Source: Candidatus Helarchaeota archaeon (lineage in GTDB: Archaea > Asgardarchaeota > Lokiarchaeia > Helarchaeales > RDOG01). From it: 64,000 nt of DNA. The DNA is taken from positions 204,351-268,350 of the forward strand of contig JAHPZH010000003.1 of the NCBI GenBank assembly GCA_019058315.1, in the 5' to 3' direction. Position numbers and translations under genes: made by a program. Below are positions 19,055 through 28,116 of the stretch, in pieces. The notes below the pieces were generated by a model. The model ran no database searches, was not told where the DNA came from, and saw only the letters and a program-made list of their open reading frames with translations. Every line of letters begins with the position of its first letter. Position 1 is the first letter of the stretch.

Positions 19055-19253
19055 TTATTCTATAAAAGTAATATAATAAAAGAATTACGATTTCAAAAAA
19101 TTGGTAATATAAAAAACGGTGGAATTAGTTGTATATGAATTGTACGTTGAACAAATTACTCTCATTAAATATATTTTTATTAGATTGAATAAATTACAAA
19201 ATAGTATAAATTTATCAACAAAAAGTGTTTTTAAAAATAATAAGGTGTAATTC

Positions 19254-20261
19254 ATGGGCGGTTATGGTTCTGATTACGATTACTCTGACGATGATAGTGT
19301 TGTAAAAAAAAGTGCGGCTTCTTATAATATTGACCATGGACGAAAATATGAAACAAAAGGGGCTGTACCTCCCCCAGTTGGAAAACATTTAATAACTGAA
19401 GCGAAATTTCCTATAGTTGTTGCAGTAGATGTAACAGGCTCTATGAAAACGTGGCCTCAAATCATATTTGAAAAATTATGTATTTTGTATAATGAAGCGT
19501 TATTTTTCCTTCCCGATACACTTAAAGATGATTTTGAAATCTCTTTTGCAGCAATTGGAGATGCATATAGTGATTCTGCACCTTTACAAGTCACGGATTT
19601 TGCAGAAGGGGCAGAGTTGGATGAAAATATAAAGGCTCTTTATCCTGAGGGGGGAGGTGGAGGACAAACACGCGAAACATATGAATTAGCAGCTTATTAT
19701 TATTTAAAACACTGTGATATGCCCAATGCGCTTTCACAACCCAAACCCTTACTAATTTTTGTTGGGGATGAGGGATTTTATTCCAAAATTAACAGGAAAC
19801 ACATAATGGATTTAATTGGTGATAAAGTAAAAACTGACCAAATTGCAAAAAATATGTTTGAACAATTACGACAAAAGTTTAATGTCTACATTTTGAGAGT
19901 AAGATATGACTCTGAAGCATCGAATAAAAGAATAAATGAAGATTGGGTAAAAGTACTAGGCGAAAATAATGTAATTTTAATGAAACAACCAAGAAGAATT
20001 GTAGATACAATTCTAGGTATTATCGCAACAATAGTAGATGGATGGGATAAATTTAAAGATCGGATTGAAATACGTCAGACGCCTGAACAAGTTGATCAAG
20101 TTTATTCAACTTTAAGCGGTCTTCAAATAGAAAATAAAAAATATGTTTATAAATTTCAAGCTTTGCAATGTCCAAAGTGTGGTGGTGCATTGGATGAAGT
20201 TCCAGATTATAATAAACCCGTAAAGTGTCCTTTCTGCCAAATTCAACTTGTTCGAATTTAA
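19254..20261 (+). CDS. vWA-domain protein with C-terminal zinc ribbon
   Basis: MIDAS-type DVTGSM, AIGDAYSD, EGGGGGQTRETYELAAYY, FVGDEG; C-terminal CPKC...CPFC; N-terminus MGGYGS. Confidence 0.85.
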   Translation: MGGYGSDYDYSDDDSVVKKSAASYNIDHGRKYETKGAVPPPVGKHLITEAKFPIVVAVDVTGSMKTWPQIIFEKLCILYNEALFFLPDTLKDDFEISFAAIGDAYSDSAPLQVTDFAEGAELDENIKALYPEGGGGGQTRETYELAAYYYLKHCDMPNALSQPKPLLIFVGDEGFYSKINRKHIMDLIGDKVKTDQIAKNMFEQLRQKFNVYILRVRYDSEASNKRINEDWVKVLGENNVILMKQPRRIVDTILGIIATIVDGWDKFKDRIEIRQTPEQVDQVYSTLSGLQIENKKYVYKFQALQCPKCGGALDEVPDYNKPVKCPFCQIQLVRI

Positions 20262-20270
20262 ATGGTTTAA

Positions 20271-20858
20271 ATGCATTATATTGAAGACGCTTCAATAGAG
20301 AATATTTGGAAAAAAGCAAAGAATTTAATCCTAAATAAAGGATCAGAAATTCTTGATGAAAAAGAAGAATTATTTGAAATTCTTGACCTCTTTTTAATTA
20401 TTAAACAGCCAGAGACATCAGACCAAGAGAAACAAATTCATGATAAAGAAATGAAAAAATGGATGATGGAAAATTTTACTGAAATAAAGAATATTCCCGA
20501 ATTACACGATACAAAGAGTTATGGTTGGAGATTATACAATTTTCAAGGAAAAGATCAAATTAAATGGATAATCAATAAGTTGAAAAAGAAAAAAGCTACC
20601 AAATCAGCAACGATAGTGACTATAGAACCGAAAGATGAAAATTATATTCCATGCGTAAGTTTGCTAGATTTCAAAATTAGAAATGGAGAATTATTAATGT
20701 CTGTCACATGTAGAAGTCTAGATTTTGGTAAAAAAGCTTTGTATAATTTATATTTTTTATCTGATATAGCCCACGATGTTGCAAAAGAACTCAAAATCAA
20801 TAATATTAAACTAAAAATCTTTGTTATATCTGCTCATATTTATAAAAAAGATACGTGA
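20271..20858 (+). CDS. Archaeal-type thymidylate synthase (ThyA)-like protein
   Basis: YGWRL, DQI, catalytic PC (YIPCVS), RSLDFG...N, SAHIY; the usual RR phosphate-binding pair appears as KS. Confidence 0.82.
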   Translation: MHYIEDASIENIWKKAKNLILNKGSEILDEKEELFEILDLFLIIKQPETSDQEKQIHDKEMKKWMMENFTEIKNIPELHDTKSYGWRLYNFQGKDQIKWIINKLKKKKATKSATIVTIEPKDENYIPCVSLLDFKIRNGELLMSVTCRSLDFGKKALYNLYFLSDIAHDVAKELKINNIKLKIFVISAHIYKKDT

Positions 20859-20970
20859 ATCAGCTTGGATGAAGAATACTGGCGGTAAAAGTCAAACATT
20901 ATTTATTTTTCACAAGCCAATATAGGATAGAAAATTGAAATAATTAAAAAATAAATAGGGATACATGTTA
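20859..20970 (+). pseudogene. Degenerate remnant of the 5' end of the QueC-like gene
   Basis: ttggatgaagaatactgg (LDEEYW) matches QueC ttgaatgaagaatattgg (LNEEYW); aatagggatacatgtt resembles aatagaggatatattt (NRGYI); spacing is 89 vs 90 nt. Confidence 0.6.
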
Positions 20971-21029
20971 ATTTGGTCAAAGAATTTAAATGAAAATAAT
21001 GAAGTGTTTCATGACTGTGGATTGAGATA

Positions 21030-22115
21030 ATGGAGCAAGAGATTTTATTTGAAGATAATCAATATGGAAGAATTAAATATAATATTAATGATAAACTATG
21101 GTTAAAAAGTAGAATCTTGATAAAAAAAGATAGTATAGAAATTTTCGATGAAGATGATAAGATATATATAACCATTCCTTTTCAAGATATTACTTTTTTT
21201 AAAAATTATAAAAAATACTCTCAAATTAAATCAAATAAGGTCATAATATTTATACAATTTACAGCGAAAAAGAAATTACAAATTTATGAAAATTTTCTTA
21301 AAATTTTGAAGAAAAGCATATTTGAAAATCTGTTTGATAAAAGTAACCCTAATTTCCAGATTTCAATTAAAGAATTCGCAAATAAATACGATTTTGATGA
21401 AGAATTAATAAACAATTCAATAAATAATGTGCTAGGAAATCATAAAAATAGAGGACAATTATATAAAGATAAATTTTTTTTATCCGATAAATTTCAAGGA
21501 GCAGTTTTATCGTATCTAAAACCAGTATATGAAACTACAATAAATACTATTGCAACTAAATTTAGAGTTGAAAATAAATTAGTTAAAAATTCAATTTTAC
21601 AAATGATTCAAAATCAAATAATTGATGCTAATCTAATTGATGAAAAAATTTTCTTCCCTAGGAAATTACAAGAAGCTGTTTTGAAGTATCTAGACCCAAT
21701 TTATGAAATTTCAATAATTAATATTGTAAATAGATTTAGGGTTAAAAAGGAATTAGTTATAGATTCATTAAAGAAGATGTTAAATGAGAAATTAATCAAT
21801 GGTCAATTAAACGATGAAAGAATATTCTTTCCTGAAAAATTTCAAGAAGCATTTTTAAAATACATTGAACCATATGATGAATTTACCTTTAAAAATCTGG
21901 CAGAGAACTTTAAAATGAGACTAGAAACGGTAATAGAAGAAATTAAAATAATGATTGAAAAAGGTGTAATCAAAGGCAGATTAACCACTGATGGAGTTGT
22001 ATTCAAACAAATTGAGTTGATTAAAATGGAGTGTCCTTCTTGTAAGGCACCTTTAGAAAAGTCTCCACCTTGTAAATGTGCTCATTGTGATTTTTTTATT
22101 GAAAAGATTGATTAA
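21030..22115 (+). CDS. Protein with PH-like N-terminus, tandem PCI-like winged-helix repeats and C-terminal zinc ribbon
   Basis: Three clear ~57-aa repeats K[FL]QxAxLxY[LI]xPxxE...I.ALID/GRL; CPSCKAPL...CAHC; paralogue of 30899..31732. Confidence 0.7.
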   Translation: MEQEILFEDNQYGRIKYNINDKLWLKSRILIKKDSIEIFDEDDKIYITIPFQDITFFKNYKKYSQIKSNKVIIFIQFTAKKKLQIYENFLKILKKSIFENLFDKSNPNFQISIKEFANKYDFDEELINNSINNVLGNHKNRGQLYKDKFFLSDKFQGAVLSYLKPVYETTINTIATKFRVENKLVKNSILQMIQNQIIDANLIDEKIFFPRKLQEAVLKYLDPIYEISIINIVNRFRVKKELVIDSLKKMLNEKLINGQLNDERIFFPEKFQEAFLKYIEPYDEFTFKNLAENFKMRLETVIEEIKIMIEKGVIKGRLTTDGVVFKQIELIKMECPSCKAPLEKSPPCKCAHCDFFIEKID

Positions 22116-22168
22116 GAAGATATTTAGTGTTTTTCAATCTAATTAAAAAATGATAAAAATCAAAATAT

Positions 22169-22984
22169 TTGATGTTCCATATGAAATTGAATGAAGAATA
22201 TTGGCATAGAATACTTAATTTATATGGAAAAAATTATAATAAAAACATAAGACTGCTCAAAGAATTCTTAAAATCAAATAGAGGATATATTTTCGAAAAA
22301 CCTATAGACGAAACGGTTATAATATTATGCTCTGGAGGTATGGATTCTACTATTCTTATTGATTTGGTTATTAACAATTGGAATTCTAAAGTTATAATCA
22401 TATATTTTAAAAGGGATGCTAAAAATGAGGAGTGGGAAGAAAAAGCAGTCGATTATTTTTTTGAGTTTTATAGGGCGAGATATCCCAATAATATCGTAGA
22501 TTTATTAAAATTAAAGGTTCAAATTCCTCTGAGAATCAATAAGGAATATCTAGATAGAAATCGTCAGAAAATATTAGGATTACCTATGAGAAATTCCACC
22601 ATGTGGAATAATACTGTAGCTCAAGCAGTATATTTAAGTGGGAAATATAAAACTACAATACGAACTATATTAATTGGTTCTGTTAAAGATGATAGAGATA
22701 ATCCTGAATCTGGACCATTATCCCTTCTATCTCAGACTATAAATACTTGTATCTGCACAGCTATATGGAATTGGCAAGTATATTCTCCTCTTTTAGATGA
22801 TTCTTTTAAAAAGGGAGGGTTTTCGAAAATCGACCTCATAAAATATGCACAAGAAAATGATATTCCTATTGAAAAAACAAGATCTTGTTTTGAAAAGACG
22901 GAAACTCCATGTGGAAAATGTCTTGCTTGTGAAAATAGGATAAAAGCTTTTTCAGAATATAAAAATTCTCTTTTAACTGACTAA
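22169..22984 (+). CDS. QueC-like PP-loop ATPase (7-cyano-7-deazaguanine synthase family, non-canonical)
   Basis: SGGMDS, PMRN, and Zn site SCFEKTETPCGKCLAC; lacks canonical YGQ and YPDC motifs; ~45-aa N-terminal extension. Confidence 0.85.
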   Translation: MMFHMKLNEEYWHRILNLYGKNYNKNIRLLKEFLKSNRGYIFEKPIDETVIILCSGGMDSTILIDLVINNWNSKVIIIYFKRDAKNEEWEEKAVDYFFEFYRARYPNNIVDLLKLKVQIPLRINKEYLDRNRQKILGLPMRNSTMWNNTVAQAVYLSGKYKTTIRTILIGSVKDDRDNPESGPLSLLSQTINTCICTAIWNWQVYSPLLDDSFKKGGFSKIDLIKYAQENDIPIEKTRSCFEKTETPCGKCLACENRIKAFSEYKNSLLTD

Positions 22985-22993
22985 TTCGATCGT

Positions 22994-23605
22994 TTATTTA
23001 TCAAGGCCGGATATATTTATACAATAAACTAATCGTTTAAGAATTTTCAATTGTAAAATTAAAATAGTAACCGCAATAGGTAATGAAATTGCAACAAGTA
23101 CAATTATATAGATTATTAGAATTGTCATTGGATTTTGAATTGAAAATATATTAGGACTAAATAGTGGTCTAATGGAGAAAGGTTTTATTATAAAAAGTAG
23201 TGGAAATAATAAAATAATCATACCAAATAAGATTATTTGCCCAATAATTCCTATATAACTAAATATTTTTCCTTTTTTCTCTATATATAATATATCTTTT
23301 TCTTCCACACCGTGAGCTCCTAAAAATTTCATAATACTATTAATTGCCTTTACCCAATAAAGTTGTGTTATAATTGGAATCAATATACTTATGAGATAAT
23401 TTCTAAAAACATCCTTTAACTCTAAAGCGTCTGGGTTTTTGTATTTAAGCTCATTTAACTTTATTGCAATACCAATATCTTCTACCATCCTAATTGTTGA
23501 AAAAACCGTTCCGGCAAATGGTATAAATATATATGGCAAAATTTTGATTAATCTATTCCAAGCATCGTTTAATCTCCACCATATATTTTTATTATTGTCA
23601 TTCAT
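22994..23605 (-). CDS. Hypothetical multi-pass membrane protein
   Basis: Four hydrophobic segments; convergent with the QueC-like gene. Confidence 0.65.
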   Translation of the reverse strand: MNDNNKNIWWRLNDAWNRLIKILPYIFIPFAGTVFSTIRMVEDIGIAIKLNELKYKNPDALELKDVFRNYLISILIPIITQLYWVKAINSIMKFLGAHGVEEKDILYIEKKGKIFSYIGIIGQIILFGMIILLFPLLFIIKPFSIRPLFSPNIFSIQNPMTILIIYIIVLVAISLPIAVTILILQLKILKRLVYCINISGLDK

Positions 23606-23951
23606 AGTTCCTCGCCTTCATTGATATATAAGAATTAATACTTTATTAATTTATTATTTTATTTAAATTTTTAATCAAAAATTTTGGAATGAACAGCTTA
23701 TAAATAGTAATTTCATTATTTTAATTAATATTATACTATTTATAATTTAAATATCAAAAAAATCTATTCAATTTTAAAAAAAATACGATTTTTTTTATGA
23801 CAGATGGAAATTTCGTTGCTTTAACTTGTGTAAATAAAATTATCGTATTTATTAATGATAAAAATATACCCCAATAATTAGGTTAAAAAATATACTTTCT
23901 ATTTCTTTCGATGGAAATTGACTTCCTAAAAATATTCTAAGGGATATAAAA

Positions 23952-24779
23952 ATGGAATTCTTAAAAAATAAAAAGTTTCTACAAATCTCGAACTTAGTGA
24001 CATACTTTTTGACTATATTAGTGAATTTTTTGGCGAATATTCTTCCATTAGGAGGTAGAACGACTGGTGGAGTATCCGACAGTTATCCAGATCTCTTTGC
24101 GCCAGCGGGTATCACCTTTAGTATTTGGAGTGTAATTTATGTTCTTTTAGGAATCTTTGTTTTTTATCAAGCCAGAGATCTTTTCAAGGACCAAGAAGAT
24201 GATATTCCTTATATCGAAACAATAAGTTTTTATTATATATTAAGCAATATCTTCAATATTATATGGCTATTCTCGTGGCATTATAATATAATTCCGCTTA
24301 GTTTTCTGTTAATGATTGGAATATTGCTCACATTGATTAAAATATATCTAAACTTAAATATTGGTCTTGAGGATATATCAACAAAGGATAAAATTTTAGT
24401 TCACTTGCCCTTCAGTGTTTATTTTGGATGGATTTCAATAGCAACAATTGCCAATACTACTGTTCTTTTAGTCGCAACGGGTTGGGATGGTTTTGGAATA
24501 TCAGAGCCTATTTGGACTATTATAGTATTAATTATTGCCTTAATTTTGACCTTATTGATGCAATATATCCGAAAAGATATTGCTTACAGCATAGTTGTCA
24601 TATGGGCCTCTATCGGAATAATTATTAAGCGATTAGCTCCAATTACGTTACAAGTATTATTCCTTAATCTAGGTGTAATTCTTGAGCCAATTTACTATGA
24701 AATCGTTATTACAGCAGGAATTGCAATATTAGTAATAAGCATTGGAATTATTTTAATAACAATTAAGAAATTTAAATAA
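23952..24779 (+). CDS. TspO/MBR-related tryptophan-rich membrane protein
   Basis: NILPLGGRTTGGVSDSYPDLFAPAGITFSIWSVIY; PFSVYFGWISIATIAN. Confidence 0.8.
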   Translation: MEFLKNKKFLQISNLVTYFLTILVNFLANILPLGGRTTGGVSDSYPDLFAPAGITFSIWSVIYVLLGIFVFYQARDLFKDQEDDIPYIETISFYYILSNIFNIIWLFSWHYNIIPLSFLLMIGILLTLIKIYLNLNIGLEDISTKDKILVHLPFSVYFGWISIATIANTTVLLVATGWDGFGISEPIWTIIVLIIALILTLLMQYIRKDIAYSIVVIWASIGIIIKRLAPITLQVLFLNLGVILEPIYYEIVITAGIAILVISIGIILITIKKFK

Positions 24780-24968
24780 TTTCTTATTTTAATTTTTTTT
24801 TAATCGATTAATTCTTTCTATAATTGCTTTTATTCTTTTAAAAAATCGTGTTTCTTTTGTAAAATAGGTTATTTTTAAAATGTAGGAAATGTGATAATTT
24901 TAAATATTATTACTTCTCCTAATTATAATTACAAATTCTAATTAGTTTAGAATATAAAAAACAAATGG

Positions 24969-25190
24969 GTGAATTTATTGGCAGAATCGGTATATAAATT
25001 TATAGAATTAGTTGGTTCATCTGAAAAAAGCTGGGAAGACGCTATCAGATTAGTTGTGGATCAAGCTGCGAAATCGTTACGTGATCTTCGGATGGTTGAG
25101 GTAGTAGAGTTAGGTGTAAAACTGGACGAAAGCAAAATAGTCTTATTTAGAGCTCGAGTCAAAGTATCTTTTAAATATGAAGGCAAATAA
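24969..25190 (+). CDS. Dodecin family flavin-binding protein
   Basis: VYKFIELVGSSEKSWEDA...AAKSLRDLR...RVKVSFK. Confidence 0.92.
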   Translation: MNLLAESVYKFIELVGSSEKSWEDAIRLVVDQAAKSLRDLRMVEVVELGVKLDESKIVLFRARVKVSFKYEGK

Positions 25191-25242
25191 AATCTTAAAT
25201 TTATTCTAATCTTTTTTTTCTATTTGTAAATCCTTTTTAATA

Positions 25243-26169
25243 TTATGAAAAATCTTCTAAGATTTGATCTAATATCCCAAGAGCACTTTTTATGGCATTT
25301 TCATTTTCACATACATGATCTCCAATCATGAAATTCTTGTAACCTAATTTTATTCCAAAACCAATATCACACAAGTCAGAACATGACGGGATTGATTTTG
25401 GATTGAGGGTTGAAAGCAAAATTCTTGAAGCTAAAATAGCTTGGGGATCTTTTTCAATAATTAATTTCATTGCATTTAATATTTCATGGGGACGATCTAT
25501 TTCGATATAAAGATCTCCTCTAGCAGCCAATAATTTCACTTTATCTTTGACTAAAGAATATCGAAATTTTATGAACTCTAACCCTTTCTCAGTTTCAATT
25601 TTTGCAACCATTTTTGCTTCGGGATCTAATTCCAAAACGTCCTTAACATCAGATATTTGCTCAACAAAGGAGATCATATAGTTGTGTATATCGCATTCTT
25701 TTGAGGCTTCGATATATTTAATGTCATTTTCTGTCAAATAACCATAAATTTTCAAAGAATTATCTGGGATATTGATAGATGCACCTTTGCCAAATCGAAT
25801 CTCAAAATCTTCAGGGGCTTTTTTTGGAGTTTTTATTTTAAGTTTATTTCCATCAATTATTTCTTCGATTATTAAATACCTTTCTCCTTCATTAAAATAC
25901 ATTGCAGTTGGAAGTTTTACTTCAATTTCATGATTAAGCGGAATTAATTCCTTTGGTACTCTCACATTTTCGGCGATTCTTAATTCTCTGCATTTTAAAT
26001 CAATCCATAGTTCTTTGTTTTTCACTTTATTTTTCAAAATTTCAATAATTTCTTGAGGAGTTTGTGAAAACGGGATTGCAGAATTAAATCGTAATCCCAC
26101 TATCCTGGGATGGCGAAGTATAGGATCAAGATAATCAGCAAATGGATGTATAGTTACAAATATACTCAA
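25243..26169 (-). CDS. Divergent pyruvate-kinase-like barrel protein lacking the C-terminal regulatory domain
   Basis: DLKCRELR, INIP, ISFVE, AKIET, AARGDLYIE; 308 aa; canonical NFSHG, ATQM and MLSGE are replaced. Confidence 0.78.
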   Translation of the reverse strand: MSIFVTIHPFADYLDPILRHPRIVGLRFNSAIPFSQTPQEIIEILKNKVKNKELWIDLKCRELRIAENVRVPKELIPLNHEIEVKLPTAMYFNEGERYLIIEEIIDGNKLKIKTPKKAPEDFEIRFGKGASINIPDNSLKIYGYLTENDIKYIEASKECDIHNYMISFVEQISDVKDVLELDPEAKMVAKIETEKGLEFIKFRYSLVKDKVKLLAARGDLYIEIDRPHEILNAMKLIIEKDPQAILASRILLSTLNPKSIPSCSDLCDIGFGIKLGYKNFMIGDHVCENENAIKSALGILDQILEDFS

Positions 26170-26488
26170 TTTAAGCCCTCTTTTTCGATTTGCCTATTTT
26201 TATTTTAATTAATGAATTCAGTTTATAATTTTTTTTAAAGTTTTTAATAACGAAACATCTAGAAATATATACAGTTATTTTACAAATTATTCCTTTTTAA
26301 TAAATTTCCTTTCAAAAAATCCCTCCCTTTTTACCTTTAAAATCCGCTCGTAATTAAAGCTCGATTTAAAAGCAGACTTTTATTTCAAAAAAATATTAAA
26401 TAATGGTAGATTATGGAGCTTTTCTTCTTTTTACTCGCTAGACCTTCCAGAGGTCAACTGAATTTCATAAGTAGGACCTTATTGTAAA

Positions 26489-27367
26489 TTAATTATTAGA
26501 ATGGTCAGCGATAATTAATATTTGATGTTCTGGTACAAGAGGTTCATTCAATCCAAGATATTTCGTTTTAATTATATCATATCCATATGATTTCAGAATT
26601 TTATCCCATCCTTTTAGGCTAAGAAAATTAAGAGGTACAGTAATATCTTCATCTCCAATTACTCGATTGTAAAACCAATCAAAAAAGCAATTACACATCC
26701 TTATATCATCTTTTTCAATATAGCCTTCAATAATTACTAATCGTTTTTTAGTTATTCTCGTTGCTTCCTTCAACAAATGTTCAGGGTCGTTCGCATGATG
26801 CAACACGGTATATAAAATGGTAGTATCTACTTCTTTATCTGATAAAGGTATCTTTTTCTCTGGATTATATAAGATCAATGGTAGTTCTGTGTGATTATAA
26901 TCCACAATATCAACCAGTATTACATCTTTCTCGAGTTGTTTTTTTACTTCTAAGCCTAGAAACCCCTCTCCAGCACCGAGATCAAGTATTTTCTCTCCAA
27001 TAAGATATTCTGCAATTAATTTAAAACTCCTTTTAGCACGTTTATATGAATTACCCTTTCGATCTTTTTCATCATCAACACGTCTTCGGATAAATTTTCT
27101 CAGCGTTTCTTCGACTTTAATGAGAGGTTTTCCTTTTTTTAGTCCTTTATTTATAGTTCTATTTACATAGAACCAAAAAATATGTCTTTTAAAAAAATTC
27201 AAATTAGCATTTTTCATAGCAGATAGAAATAATGACCGAATTTTATTCCAATAGTGCTTTTCTTTTTTGTTTTTCTTAGAAAATATTGGATATATGATAT
27301 TTTGTACAAGATCTATGTCGTTTTGATTAACAGGTTTGTGAAATTTTATCATTTCTTTTTGAATCAT
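26489..27367 (-). CDS. Class I SAM-dependent methyltransferase
   Basis: ILDLGAGEG motif I; YTVLHHANDP..LLKEATR. Confidence 0.9.
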   Translation of the reverse strand: MIQKEMIKFHKPVNQNDIDLVQNIIYPIFSKKNKKEKHYWNKIRSLFLSAMKNANLNFFKRHIFWFYVNRTINKGLKKGKPLIKVEETLRKFIRRRVDDEKDRKGNSYKRAKRSFKLIAEYLIGEKILDLGAGEGFLGLEVKKQLEKDVILVDIVDYNHTELPLILYNPEKKIPLSDKEVDTTILYTVLHHANDPEHLLKEATRITKKRLVIIEGYIEKDDIRMCNCFFDWFYNRVIGDEDITVPLNFLSLKGWDKILKSYGYDIIKTKYLGLNEPLVPEHQILIIADHSNN

Positions 27368-27390
27368 TTATTTGACACAACCTCTATTAG

Positions 27391-27436
27391 ATAAGTGAGC
27401 AATTACTCACTTATAAAGTTTATGAGTAATTACTCA
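27391..27436. promoter_or_regulatory. Tandem palindromic operators (core TGAG[T/C]AATTACTCA) between the divergent methyltransferase and TetR genes
   Basis: ataagtgagcaattactcacttat (27391-27414, one mismatched pair) and perfect tgagtaattactca (27423-27436); cores are 27 bp apart. Confidence 0.85.
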
Positions 27437-27448
27437 CTTAATATAATT

Positions 27449-28066
27449 ATGAAATCAAGTAAAAAATTTTCACGAAATAAACAAGAAAAAATTAATTTGA
27501 TTTATGATACATTTTTTAAATTAATCTTAAAACAGGGATATCACAAAACAAGCACAAATCATGTTGCAAAATCAGCTAAAATTAGTATTGGAACCATCTA
27601 CAAATATTTTCCGAAAGGAAAAATAGATATCATAAGAAGATATTTTGAAAAATCGATGGAAACGTTTTTAGATAGTCAACAATTAAGCAATATGAATGAT
27701 GAAAATGTAAGAGATTTGCTCAATCATTTTGTATTAGATTTATTTGAAAATCATAAGAAAAATAAAGGATATAACCTAGCTCTTAGATCTGCAATACAAT
27801 CAGATAAAATATTGCATGATGTACATAAAGAGAAGATTTTCCATTTTTTTAAAGAGTTAGTGCAGAAATTAAGGAAATCAAATGAAAATTTTAAGCAAAT
27901 CTCCGAAAAAAAATTAGTAGATGTATTTATTTTCATGTATAATCTTGTTAATGCAATTTTATATCATCATTTATCAATAATGGAATTATTTGATACAGAT
28001 GATAAATTTATAGATTATCTTTCAGACTTAGTGGCATTTTCATTACAGTATTATTTTAAAACATAA
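27449..28066 (+). CDS. TetR/AcrR family transcriptional regulator
   Basis: GYHKTSTNHVAKSAKISIGTIYKYFPKGK HTH; start moved to ATG 27449 because the track N-terminus MSNYSL x2 is the operator repeat translated. Confidence 0.92.
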   Translation: MKSSKKFSRNKQEKINLIYDTFFKLILKQGYHKTSTNHVAKSAKISIGTIYKYFPKGKIDIIRRYFEKSMETFLDSQQLSNMNDENVRDLLNHFVLDLFENHKKNKGYNLALRSAIQSDKILHDVHKEKIFHFFKELVQKLRKSNENFKQISEKKLVDVFIFMYNLVNAILYHHLSIMELFDTDDKFIDYLSDLVAFSLQYYFKT

Positions 28067-28116
28067 AGAAATTGAATCCATGGACTAAACAGAAAGTTGA
28101 ATTAATTATCTCCGAT

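Noticed and set aside
19254-22984. Complete qatABCD, type IV CBASS or Dpd system
   Set aside because: No KAP-NTPase, TatD, CD-NTase, TGT/DpdA or QueD/QueE is present; only the QueC-like component is shared.
26430-26488. Coding-looking minus-strand fragment GPTYEIQLTSGRSSE* and small GACCT/AGGTC hairpin
   Set aside because: No parent gene identified, and a 5-bp stem is expected by chance.
27395-27448. N-terminal MSNYSL repeat of the TetR ORF as a protein repeat
   Set aside because: It is the translation of the two operator palindromes; the likely start is ATG 27449.
28072-28116. Coding-looking fragment MNPWTKQKVELIISD after the TetR gene, as another insertion scar
   Set aside because: No matching parent sequence in the window, and too short to support.
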